Shown: positions 1 through 11,167, numbered from the stretch's first letter. The stretch is 64,000 nt of DNA from Macrostomum lignano (GCA_002269645.1 NIVC01002817.1:74216-138215), one strand, 5' to 3'. Notes: generated by a model not told the origin, from the sequence alone. Translations and numbers: made by a program.

Positions 1-767
1 AATAAAGTACAATAAAACACTAGCAAACTCTAATTTTTATTAATGTGAAAAGTTCAGCATTAGTACTTTCAGTAGCAATTAAGGATTGTTGCTCTATAAA
101 AAGACAAAATATAATCTTTCAAAGGCAATCAAGTGTTTCTTTTATTTTCTAAATTAATTTGCAGTTGTTTAAGCACCAGTTTATCTTCTTGATTTAAAAT
201 CTTTTGTTTTCTAGACTTATTGTTAAAACTATGGCTACAGCTATGGGAACTATGGGAATATGGTAATATTGGGGTCCCTATGGCTATGGAATTGGAATAA
301 GCCATAGTTTTGCTTACAGCTATGGCTACAGTACATAGACCCTCCTTATGGCGGAACACTATTATCCAAAGTATGAAGTATATTATAATACCTATTTTTA
401 ATATTATTTTTTTATCATTTACTTTAGTGACAAATTATGATCTTTACTTTTCTTTGTTAAGAGATACAGGTTTCAAAAATAATGGCAGATGGAATTTTTC
501 CAAGTCTAGTAATTTTTAAAAACTTTGGTAGAAGTTTAAAGAATTAAAATAAACTCTAAATGTATCAGACTTTGCTAGACCAATACTGGCATGATAATTA
601 ATTTTAGTATATCCCTAAGATAAATGTTGATATTTTTTAGTTTAATATATATGAGCAAATAAACCACAAAATAATTTGTTTTGTAACTTTTGGCTTTACT
701 TGTATTTTTAATGCAAACTTGCTTCAACCAAATGATGATAATCAATTTAACAGGCACTCTGGCCGCC

Positions 768-965
768 ATGCCCCTGCCTAGCAAGTCTCGGGTGTATGCA
801 GATGCCAATCAGGTCCGGGAACGGCAGTACTGGGACTACGAAGTGCTTGTGATTGAATGGGGCAACCAGGATGACTATCAGATTGTGCGCAAGCTCGGCC
901 GGGGCAAGTACTCGGAGGTGTTCGAGGGAATCAATGTTGCCGCGAATGAGAAAATCGTCATTAAG
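768..965 (+). CDS. CSNK2A1: CK2-alpha coding exon 1 ([10 protein letters not shown]...EKIVIK)
   Basis: Upstream acceptor ttaacAG ends at 753. Donor AAG|GTGAGC at 965/966. Confidence 0.95.
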
Positions 966-3900
966 GTGAGCGCATTAAAATGCTTTTAATATTGCCAGCA
1001 TCGTGTCAAATTTATCAGCAGAATTTGAGTCCGTTTCATAGTCTTCTAGATTATATTTCTCATGACTCATGGATTTCTGTCAGTCATAGCTCATGACCCA
1101 TATATATTTCTGTCAGTCATTACTTATGAACCATTTAGATTTCTGTCAGTCATTACTCATGACCCATTTAGATTTCTGTCAGTCATTACTCATGACCCAA
1201 TTAGATTTCTGTCAGTCATTGCTCATGACCCATTTAGGTTTGTGTCAGTCATAGCTCATGACCCATTTAGATTTGTGTCAGTCATAGCTCATGACTTATT
1301 TAGATTTGTGTCAGTCATAGCTCATGACCCATTTAGATTTGTGTCAGTCAGCTCATGACCCATTTAGATTTCATCTACAAAAGTCTTCAAAATTGGCAGG
1401 TGCTCAAGCCGGTAAAAAAGAAGAAGATCAAGCGGGAGATTAAGATTCTGGAGAATCTGAAAGGCGGCGTCAACATCATCGGTCTCCAGGGCATCGTCAA
1501 GGACCCGGTGTCGCGCACGCCCGCCCTGATCTTCGAGCACGTGAACAACGCGGACTTCAAGCAGCTGTACCAGACTCTCACGGACTATGATATTCGATTC
1601 TACCTATTCGAACTGCTGAAGGCATTGGACTATTGTCACAGCAAGGGCATCATGCATCGAGATGTGAAGCCGCACAATGTCATGATTGACCACGAGCACA
1701 GGAAGGTTAGTTAGCCAAACCAAGCTGAGCACTAATTAGATGTCGAAGCATCAGCCTATTAACATAAAGGTATACTTACTCCCGCTTTTTACCCAACGGT
1801 CGGTATGATGAAGATCTGGAATTTTAGCCGATAAATTACTTTACTATTTTTAACCTCTATCGCTGCATTACAATGCGACAGTGGCTATCGATACATATCG
1901 GCATACATTAGCTACGATTCACTTGTAGCAGGCAGTCGATCTGTGGAGGCTCTTTGATTTTTCTGGAGCCGTTCACTTTTGCAGCTGTTTGACAGCACAA
2001 GATCTTTTAATGCTCTTTTAATATATTTTTATCTACATACCCCACTTTATCTGATAGATCTAAATTCCCCAGTTTATCTGATAGATCTAAATTCCCCAGT
2101 TTATCTGATACATATAAATTCCCCAGTTTATCTGATACATATAAATTCCCTAGTTTATCTGATACATATAAATTCCCTAGTTTATCTGATACATATAAAT
2201 TCCCTAGTTTATCTCAGAGATCTGAATTCCTCAGATTATCTAAGAGATCTAAATTCCCCAGTTTACCTCAGAGATCTGAATTCCCCAGTTTGTCTCAGAG
2301 ATCTGAATTCCCCAGTTTACTTTACCTAAATTCTTGCAGCTCCGCCTCATTGACTGGGGCCTTGCGGAGTTCTACCACGCCGGCCAGGAGTACAATGTGC
2401 GGGTGGCATCCCGGTACTTCAAGGGGCCCGAACTGCTGCTGGATTATCAGGTTTGCCTTTGACATCGCCTTGCTTTGATACTTTAAATATCATTGCAAAA
2501 TATAACCTCGGGTATGGCAGCTCAGGTAGCTTCAGCTATGGTAGCTTCAGGTATGGCAGCTCAGGTAGCTTCAGGTATGGCAGCTCAGGTAGCTTCAGGT
2601 ATGACAGCTCAGGTAGCTTCAGGTATGACAGCTCAGGTAGCTTCAGGTATGGCAGCTCAGGTAGCTTCAGGTATGGCAGCTCAGGTAGCTTCAGGTATGG
2701 CAGCTCAGGTAGCTTCAGGTATGGCTGCTCAGGTAGCTTCAGGTATGGCTGCTCAGGTAGCTTCAGGTATGGCAGCTCAGGTAGCTTCAGGTATGGCTGC
2801 TCAGGTAGCTTCAGGTATGACAGCTCAGGTAGCTTCAGGTATGGCAGCTCAGGTAGCTTCAGGTATGGCAGCTCAGGTAGCTTCAGGTATGGCAGCTCAG
2901 GTAGCTTCAGGTATGGCTGCTCAGGTAGCTTCAGGTATGGCTGCTCAGGTAGCTTCAGGTATGGCTGCTCAGGTAGCCTCAGGTATGGCAGCTCAGGTAT
3001 GGCAGCTCAAGTAGCTTCAGGTATGGCAGCTCAGGTATGGCAGCTCAGGTATGGCAGCTCAGGTATGGCAGCTCAGGTAGCCTCAGCTTCCTCGCTTCAC
3101 ACGCCCGTCCAGATGTACGATTACTCCTTGGACATGTGGAGCCTGGGCTGCATGTTCGCCTCCATGATCTTCAAGAAGGAGCCGTTCTTCCACGGCCACG
3201 ACAACTACGACCAGCTGGTGCGCATCGCCAAGGTGCTGGGCACCGACGAGCTGTTCGCCTACATCAGGAAGTACCAGATGGCATTGGACGCGCGGTTTAA
3301 CGACATTCTGGCCAAGCACAGCAGGAAGCGGTGGGAGCGCTTCGTCCATACCGCCAATCAGCATCTCGTCAGCGCCGAGGCCATCGACTTTCTCGATCGG
3401 CTGCTGCGCTACGATCACGCGGAGCGCCTCACCGCCAGGGAGGCCATGGAGCATCCCTACTTCAGTGAGCTGGGCTGGCGTGTGGGATATGGGACTGAAG
3501 TGTGGGATCTGGGACTGAAGTGTGGGATATGGGACTGAAGTGTGGGGATATAGGACTGAAGTGTGGGATCTGGGACTGAAGTGTGAGATCTAGGACTGAA
3601 GTGTGGGATCTGGGACTGATGTGTGGGATCTGGGACTGAAGTGTGGGGATCTGGGACTGAAGTGTGGGGATGTGGGACTGAAGTTAAATGTGGGATATGA
3701 GACTGAAGTGTGGGGTTATGGGACTGAAGTGTGGGATCTGGGACTGAAGTGTGAGATCTGGGACTGAAGTGTGGGATCTGGGACTGAAGTGTGGGGATGT
3801 GGGACTGAAGTTAAATGTGGGATATGAGACTGAAGTGTGGGGTTATGGGACTGAAGTGTGGGATCTGGGACTGAAGTGTGAGATCTGGGACTGAAGTGTG

Positions 3901-5634
3901 GGATCTGGGACTGAAGTGTGGGATCTGGGACTGAAGTGTGGGGATCTGGGACTGAAGTGTGGGGATGTGGGACTGAAGTGAAGTGTGGGATATGAGACTG
4001 AAGTGTGGGATCTGGGACTGAAGTGTGGGGATGTGGGACTGAAGTGAAGTGTGGGATCTAGGACTGAAGTGTGGGGATGTGGGACTGAAGTGAAGTGTGG
4101 GATATGAGACTGAAGTGTGGGATCTGGGACTGAAGTGTTGGGATGTGGGACTGAAGTGAAGTGTGGGATATGAGACTGAAGTGTGGGATCTGGGACTGAA
4201 GTGTGGGGATGTGGGACTGAAGTGAAGTGTGGGATATGAGACTGAAGTGTGGGATCTGGGACTAAAGTGTGGGGATCTATTGCTTTAGATCTGGGATCTA
4301 TTGATTAAGGTTCTAGATAAGAGATTTTGAAATATAGTTATGGGATCTGAGACTTGAGACTGAAGCAGCATCTGAGTCAATGGAGCTCCGTCCCCCTCTG
4401 TCTGCCCCGCAGCTCCCATCGTGCGGGACCAGGGCGGCATGCCGCCAGCAAACTCCTCCGCTCTCGCACCTGACGGCACGGCCGGTTCCGCTGGGGCCAC
4501 CGGCATCGGCGGCAGCTCCGCAGGCGGTGAGTAGATTATGAGATGCTAGGAGATTAGATTATGAGATGCTAGGAGATTAGATTGTGGGATGCTAGGAGAT
4601 TAGATTATGAGATGCTGGGAGATTAGATTGTGAGATGCTAGGAGATTAGATTATGAGATGCTGGGAGATTAGATTATGAGATGCTAGGAGATTAGATTAT
4701 AAGATGCTAGGAGATTAGATTATAAGATGCTAGGAGATTAGATTATGAGATGCTGGGAGATTAGATTATGAGATGCTAGGAGATTAGATTATGAGATGCT
4801 GGGAGATTAGATTGTGAGATGCTGGGAGATTAGATTATAAGATGCTAGGAGATTAGATTATGAGATGCTGGGAGATTAGATTATGAGATGCTAGGAGATT
4901 AGATTATAAGATGCTGGGAGATTAGATTATGAGATGCTAGGAGATTAGATTGTGAGATGCTAGGAGATTAGATTATGAGATGCTAGGAGATTAGATTATG
5001 AGATGCTGGGAGATTAGATTATAAGATGCTAGGAGATTAGATTATAAGATGCTAGGAGATTAGATTATGAGATGCTGGGAGATTAGATTATGAGATGCTA
5101 GGAGATTAGATTATGAGATGCTGGGAGATTAGATTGTGAGATGCTGGGAGATTAGATTATAAGATGCTAGGAGATTAGATTATGAGATGCTGGGAGATTA
5201 GATTATGAGATGCTAGGAGATTAGATTATAAGATGCTGGGAGATTAGATTATGAGATGCTAGGAGATTAGATTATGAGATGCTGGGAGATTAGATTGTGA
5301 GATGCTAGGAGATTAGATTGGATGCTAGGATCGATAAGATCAAGAGCTGCTAGGAGATTAGATCATGAGCTGCTAGGAGATTAAATTGGATGCTAGGAGA
5401 TTAGATCAAGAGCTGCTATAAGATTAGATTGGATGCTAGGAGATTAGATCAAGAGCTGCTATAAGATTAGATTGGATGCTAGGAGATTAGATCATGAGCT
5501 GCTAGGAGATTAGATTGGATGCTAGGAGATTAGATCATGTGCTGAAAAATGTCGAATCGCTTCTCCCAACCCCCGCAGCTGTCGGCTACGGCACAGCCAC
5601 CTCCGGCAGTTCGGGTCCCATCTATCAAAACTGA
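768..5634 (+). CDS. CSNK2A1: Casein kinase II subunit alpha, 6 coding exons: join(768..965,1400..1705,2340..2450,3113..3464,4413..4526,5579..5634), 378 aa
   Basis: The spliced translation has the CK2-alpha hallmarks [39 protein letters not shown] (DWG), FKGPE and HPYF. All introns are GT-AG, phases match, and the total is 1137 nt ending in TGA 5632-5634. The start has a Kozak-like context, gccgccATG. The symbol denotes the CK2-alpha family; exact orthology was not tested. Confidence 0.97.
1060..1372. repeat. 33-bp minisatellite in CK2-alpha intron 1
   Basis: Unit tcatgacccatttagatttctgtcagtcattac, about 9 copies. Confidence 0.95.
1400..1705 (+). CDS. CSNK2A1: CK2-alpha coding exon 2 (VLKPVKKKK...HEHRK)
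   Basis: Acceptor ggcAG at 1398-1399, donor AAG|GTTAGT. Contains the catalytic loop HRDVKPHN. Confidence 0.96.
2040..2320. repeat. 27-bp minisatellite in CK2-alpha intron 2
   Basis: Unit aaattccccagtttatctgatagatct, about 10 copies. Confidence 0.95.
2340..2450 (+). CDS. CSNK2A1: CK2-alpha coding exon 3 ([37 protein letters not shown])
   Basis: Acceptor ttcttgcAG, donor CAG|GTTTGC. This frame is not in the ORF track and was translated by hand. Confidence 0.96.
2510..3086. repeat. 24-bp minisatellite in CK2-alpha intron 3
   Basis: Unit ggtatggcagctcaggtagcttca, about 23 copies. Confidence 0.97.
3113..3464 (+). CDS. CSNK2A1: CK2-alpha coding exon 4 ([12 protein letters not shown]...EHPYF)
   Basis: Acceptor cgtccAG, phase-1 donor A|GTGAGC. 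Confidence 0.96.
3480..4280. repeat. 20-21-bp minisatellite in CK2-alpha intron 4
   Basis: Unit gggactgaagtgtgggatct with variants. Confidence 0.97.
4413..4526 (+). CDS. CSNK2A1: CK2-alpha coding exon 5 ([12 protein letters not shown]...GGSSAG)
   Basis: Polypyrimidine tract plus cgcAG acceptor. PIVRDQ follows HPYF as in the family. Donor G|GTGAGT. Confidence 0.85.
4532..5540. repeat. 23-bp minisatellite in CK2-alpha intron 5
   Basis: Unit gagattagattatgagatgctag; starts immediately after the donor site. Confidence 0.97.
5579..5634 (+). CDS. CSNK2A1: CK2-alpha terminal coding exon ([18 protein letters not shown])
   Basis: Pyrimidine-rich cgcAG acceptor at 5577-5578, phase compatible with exon 5. 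AATAAA follows 27 nt after the stop. The tail is not conserved, so support is mainly splice logic. Confidence 0.7.
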
Positions 5635-5661
5635 GTTGGCTGGCACAATCCGACCATGGTT

Positions 5662-5667
5662 AATAAA
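5662..5667 (+). terminator. Candidate polyadenylation signal of CK2-alpha
   Basis: AATAAA just downstream of the stop codon; distal sites are also possible. Confidence 0.45.
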
Positions 5668-6404
5668 TAATGCAAATTAATATTGACTGCATTGAAGCTC
5701 GGCGGGCGGCCGCGGGGCTGTTGGTAATAATCAATATTTTTTTATTCGTGATTCTGCAGTTGAGCTGTCTGTAGTGTTCGCGGTTTTATAATAATTTGTT
5801 TTAATTTTTTTCCAATTTCCAATTAATTTTTTCTTGATGTCTTACGCTTGAGAAATGAATGTTGGATAAAGTGAGCAAAGGGTGAAAAAGTAAGAGCAGG
5901 TAGTTTGGGCCATAGATTTTGCTAACTGATTTGCCAACAATCAAAACAATAATTTCCTGGATTAACATATTTCCGTTCGTGTCAATTTCCTTTCCTAATC
6001 TGGAGCTTCTCCGACCGCTTCCTTCTCCGTCTGCTTCAATCTGTTGCTTTAACCTGAGACTCGAGTTTGTGCTGCACAAGTTTTAAATTGCCGAATTAAG
6101 TATCATACATTTATTCAATATTTAAATCTCTGTTTTATAGGGGGGCGTGTGTGATCTGCTATATTGAATATTGTGTGAAACATTGATCAACTTTAGTAGC
6201 CTGTCACATTTTCTCTCACTTATTACTGACTAAGAAGTAGTAATTGAAATTAATTCTAGTAAAAATATAACTGTGTACATTTCTGCCCAATTATAAACAT
6301 GGCCGTTGGTGTTGGCGTTGCGCTTGAACTCACAAGCAGTGGACTGGCCTTGACTGACACGAACATCTTGCTGAATCTGCTTCTGTGTTTATTGCTTTTC
6401 CATG

Positions 6405-8435
6405 TCAGGTGATAGCTGACTGACAGGACAGTCTGATGACTGCTAACCTGTCAGGTGATAGCTGACTGACAGGACAGTCTGATGACTGCTAACCTGTCAG
6501 GTGATAGCTGACTGACAGGACATTCTGACTGCTACCTGTCAGGTGATAGCTGACTGACAGGACATTCTGACTGCTACCTGTCAGGTGATAGCTGACTGAC
6601 AGGACATTCTGACTGCTACCTGTCAGGTGATAGCTGACTGACAGGACATTCTGACTGCTACCTGTCAGGTGATAGCTGACTGACAGACTGACAGGACATT
6701 CTGACTGCTACCTGTCAGGTGATAGCTGACTGACAGACTGACAGGACATTCTGACTGCTAACCTGTCAGGTGATAGCTGACTGACAGACTGACAAGACAG
6801 TCTGACTGCTAACCTGTCAGGTGTTAGCTGACTGACAGACTGACAAGACAGTCTGACTGTTACCTGTCAGGTGTTAGCTGACTGACAGACTGACAAGACA
6901 GTGACTGCTAACCTGTCAGGTGTTAGCTGACTGACAGACTGACAAGACAGTCTGACTGCTAACCTGTCAGGTGTTAGCTGACTGACAGACTGACAAGACA
7001 GTCTGACTGCTAACCTGTCAGGTGTTAGCTGACTGACAGACTGACAAGACAGTCTGACTGCTAACCTGTCAGGTGTTAGCTGACTGACAGACTGACAAGA
7101 CAGTGACTGCTAACCTGTCAGGTGTTAGCTGACTGACAGACTGACAAGACAGTGACTGCTAACCTGTCAGGTGTTAGCTGACTGACAGACTGACAAGACA
7201 GTCTGACTGCTAACCTGTCAGGTGTTAGCTGACTGACAGACTGACAAGACAGTCTGACTGTTACCTGTCAGGTGTTAGCTGACTGACAGACTGACAAGAC
7301 AGTGACTGCTAACCTGTCAGGTGTTAGCTGACTGACAGACTGACAAGACAGTCTGACTGTTACCTGTCAGGTGTTAGCTGACTGACAGACTGACAAGACA
7401 GTCTGACTGCTAACCTGTCAGGTGATAGCTGACTGACAGGACATTCTGACTGCTACCTGTCAGGTGATAGCTGACTGACAGGACATTCTGACTGCTACCT
7501 GTCAGGTGATAGCTGACTGACAGGACATTCTGACTGCTACCTGTCAGGTGATAGCTGACTGACAGACTGACAGGACATTCTGACTGCTACCTGTCAGGTG
7601 ATAGCTGACTGACAGACTGACAGGACATTCTGACTGCTAACCTGTCAGGTGATAGCTGACTGACAGACTGACAAGACAGTCTGACTGCTAACCTGTCAGG
7701 TGTTAGCTGACTGACAGACTGACAAGACAGTGACTGCTAACCTGTCAGGTGTTAGCTGACTGACAGACTGACAAGACAGTGACTGCTAACCTGTCAGGTG
7801 TTAGCTGACTGACAGACTGACAAGACAGTGACTGCTAACCTGTCAGGTGTTAGCTGACTGACAGACTGACAAGACAGTCTGACTGCTAACCTGTCAGGTG
7901 TTAGCTGACTGACAGACTGACAAGACAGTCTGACTGTTACCTGTCAGGTGTTAGCTGACTGACAGACTGACAAGACAGTCTGACTGCTAACCTGTCAGGT
8001 GATAGCTGACTGACAAGACAGTCTGACTGCTAACCTGTCAGGTGTTAGCTGACTGACAGACTGACAAGACAGTCTGACTGTTACCTGTCAGGTGTTAGCT
8101 GACTGACAGACTGACAAGACAGTCTGACTGCTAACCTGTCAGGTGTTAGCTGACTGACAGACTGACAAGACAGTGACTGCTAACCTGTCAGGTGTTAGCT
8201 GACTGACAGACTGACAAGACAGTGACTGCTAACCTGTCAGGTGTTAGCTGACTGACAGACTGACAAGACAGTCTGACTGCTAACCTGTCAGGTGTTAGCT
8301 GACTGACAGACTGACAAGACAGTCTGACTGTTACCTGTCAGGTGTTAGCTGACTGACAGACTGACAAGACAGTCTGACTGCTAACCTGTCAGGTGATAGC
8401 TGACTGACAAGACAGTCTGACTGCTACGTGTCAGG
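6405..8435. repeat. 42-51-bp palindrome-rich minisatellite
   Basis: Unit aacctgtcaggtgttagctgactgacagactgacaagacagtctgactgct plus shorter variants. Confidence 0.97.
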
Positions 8436-9013
8436 TGCTATTGGAGTACGTATGTAACAATACATTTACTATCTGAAAGTACTATTTATAAGTGAATACT
8501 CGAAGTTTCTAAATGCTAGCTGTGCAAATGCTTGTAAGCCTACTTTAAGTAGGCTACGCGACACTCGATTTCATTCAACAGAACGATAGTAGAAAAAAAC
8601 AGTTAAAAAATGCGAGCTCACGCACCAGCGCATGCAGATGTGGCGGCTGAAATCCGGGATGAAATGCGGGCGGAGTCGCTCGCTTCCCGTGGGGCCTCTG
8701 CCGGATTCGCAGCTGATTCATGGCCGGCTCCGAGTGGGGATCAATTGGTCCGGCTTTCTCGGGGCAACGCGGGCCCGTAGAGATAATCGCCTCTGCAATC
8801 TGCTGCCCGCTCTGTGTTTCACTGGCTCCCCTGGCAATGTCCTCGGAATCCCCCCAGGAGTGCCAAACTGAGCTCAGCGATGCAGAAAGAAACTTCGCCC
8901 GTATCCAGAATTCACTATTGAAGATCATATATTGGTGGTTCTCCGTTCCTGCGTATGTCATTGCCTTCTTGTTGTTATTTTGACCCTCTGATTGTGTGCT
9001 GTTGCTGCCTGAG

Positions 9014-9245
9014 CCCTGCTAGCACTCCCTGAGTACCCTGCTAGCACTCCCTGAATACCCTGCTAGCACTCCCTGAGTACCCTGCTAGCACTCCCTGAAT
9101 ACCCTGCTAGCACTCCCTGAGTACCCTGCTAGCACTCCCTGAATACCCTGCTAGCACTCTGAATACCCTGCTAAGCACTCCCTAAATACCCTGCTAAGCA
9201 CTCCCTGAATACCCTGCTAGCACTCCCTGAATACCCTGCTAATGC
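9014..9245. repeat. 22-bp minisatellite
   Basis: Unit cctgctagcactccctga(g/a)tac. Confidence 0.93.
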
Positions 9246-9919
9246 TTCCTGAAGCCCCTGCACACGCCCCTGAATTCAAAGGGCCTTCTGAACCCCCTTG
9301 CCAGCAACCCCTGCGGTGCCTTCTGGCACCCTTTCTGTCATCATCCTATAGCTCTGGCACTGACAACCTGTACATGTTTCACATCTGCAGTATAACTAGA
9401 TCTCTAGGCTGGGGTAGTTATCCGGCCAAGTGAAGCTGCAGTCATGCAAATTGTAGATCATTCTGCATTGGTCCTGCAGCAGCAGCTGGCGCAGGCGTTG
9501 TACATGCAGTTGAGTCAGTGTTCACTTCAAACACCCCCCAGCCGCTGATCTCTTTTGTTATCTTAGCGAGTGGAAGTCCCGGTCAGCTGATTTCACTCTG
9601 GCTGAAATCGGCCTGGCTAAGCTAAATGCGAGCGGTCAGGCGAAAGAATAAATGATGCGCCCGTTTTCTGCTTGGTTAGCCGCGACATGGTCCCGCGCAA
9701 TGCCCCGCATCCTCCTCGTCCCTTGTGACGTCATCGCCCGGCAGCTCAAGAAAGAGGGCTAAGGAGGCAGGAAGGAGATTTAGCATGTCAAGTTGCGGGG
9801 ATCTGATTTTGGAAGATATGAAATATCATACTTGGCTTTGGCATTCAGTTTCCTGAGTAGCCATCAGATACAAGTGTGCGGGATAGACTACCTATGGATG
9901 TAGTTGAAAATCAGAAACC

Positions 9920-10340
9920 GCCCCTCAAATGAAATGGCGCCCCCTAAAGTTAACTGGCTCCCCCTCAACTGAAATGGCGCCCCCTCAACTGAAATGGCGC
10001 CCCTCAACTGAGATGGCCCCCCTCAACTGAGATGGCGCCCCTCAACTGAAATGGCGCCCCTCAACTGAAATGGCGCCCCTCAACTGAAATGGCGCCCCTC
10101 AACTGAGATGGCGCCCTCTCAAATGAAATGGCGCCCCCCTCAAATGAAAAACCGCTAACTCAAATGGAATGGCGCCCCCCTCAAATGAAAAACCGCTAAC
10201 TCAAATGAAATGGCGCCCCCCTCAAATGAAAAACCGCTAACTCAAATGGAATGGCGGCGACACAAATAAAATGACGCCCTCTTAAATGGAATTGCGCCCC
10301 AGCAATTGAAATGGCGCCCTCTCAACTAAAATGGCGCCTC
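9920..10340. repeat. 19-20-bp ATGGCGCC minisatellite
   Basis: Unit cctcaactga(a/g)atggcgcc, degenerate at both ends. Confidence 0.9.
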
Positions 10341-10734
10341 GTTAAGGACGCCCCGCAGCTGGTTTTGCGAAGGTGATGGACTTCAATTTGCATTTATGCA
10401 AAAATACTACCAGAGATGCACCTAGCCATGACTCTGAGATGCTGAGCGTACATTACATGCCTGGTGTGCGGCTTGTAAAATCCATGACGATTATTTAACA
10501 GGAATAAATCATCGCCATGTGGTTCGGATATTCGAGTCTTTATTGAGGAATGCCGCCATTTTTCTGCTGCCCATTTCTAATCTCGGCAGTTAATTTTGCT
10601 GACTGCGCACTGCTTGCATGGCCGCTCATATCCGCTCTTGGCGTGCGTCTTGCTGCCCATCGGGCCCGTGACTCACCGCGTGCGGCATAGGAAAATGCGC
10701 GAGAAATGAATTGAAAATTTAAGCAGCCATTTTT

Positions 10735-10742
10735 TCTGTCTG

Positions 10743-10805
<63 letters not shown>

Positions 10806-10838
10806 GTGTCTGTCTGTCTGTGTGTCTGTCTGTCTTAG

Positions 10839-10875
<37 letters not shown>

Positions 10876-10930
10876 TAGTGTCTGTCTGTCTGTCTGTCTT
10901 CGTGTCTGCCTGTCTGTCTGTCTGTCTGCC

Positions 10931-10971
<41 letters not shown>

Positions 10972-11031
10972 TCGTGTCTGCCTGTCTGTCTGTCTGTCTG
11001 TCTTCGTGTCTGCCTGTCTGTCTGTCTGTCA

Positions 11032-11071
<40 letters not shown>

Positions 11072-11126
11072 TCGTGTCTGTCTGTCTGTCTGTGTGTCTG
11101 TCTGTCTGTCTGTCTTCGTGTCTGCC

Positions 11127-11167
<41 letters not shown>

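Noticed and set aside
1805-1960. Box C/D snoRNA in CK2-alpha intron 2
   Set aside because: A C box (ATGATGA) is present, but there is no CTGA D box at a plausible distance and no terminal stem.
2453-3538. 361-aa ORF fusing a (YGSSGSFR)n repeat to a kinase C-lobe
   Set aside because: It is intron 3 read in frame with exon 4. Proper splice sites exist at 2450/2451 and 3112/3113, and intron retention hits TGA at 2460-2462 in the exon 3 frame.
8575-8983. Overlapping 79-128 aa ORFs in a GC-rich patch
   Set aside because: No recognisable domain, and no consistent exon chain could be built.
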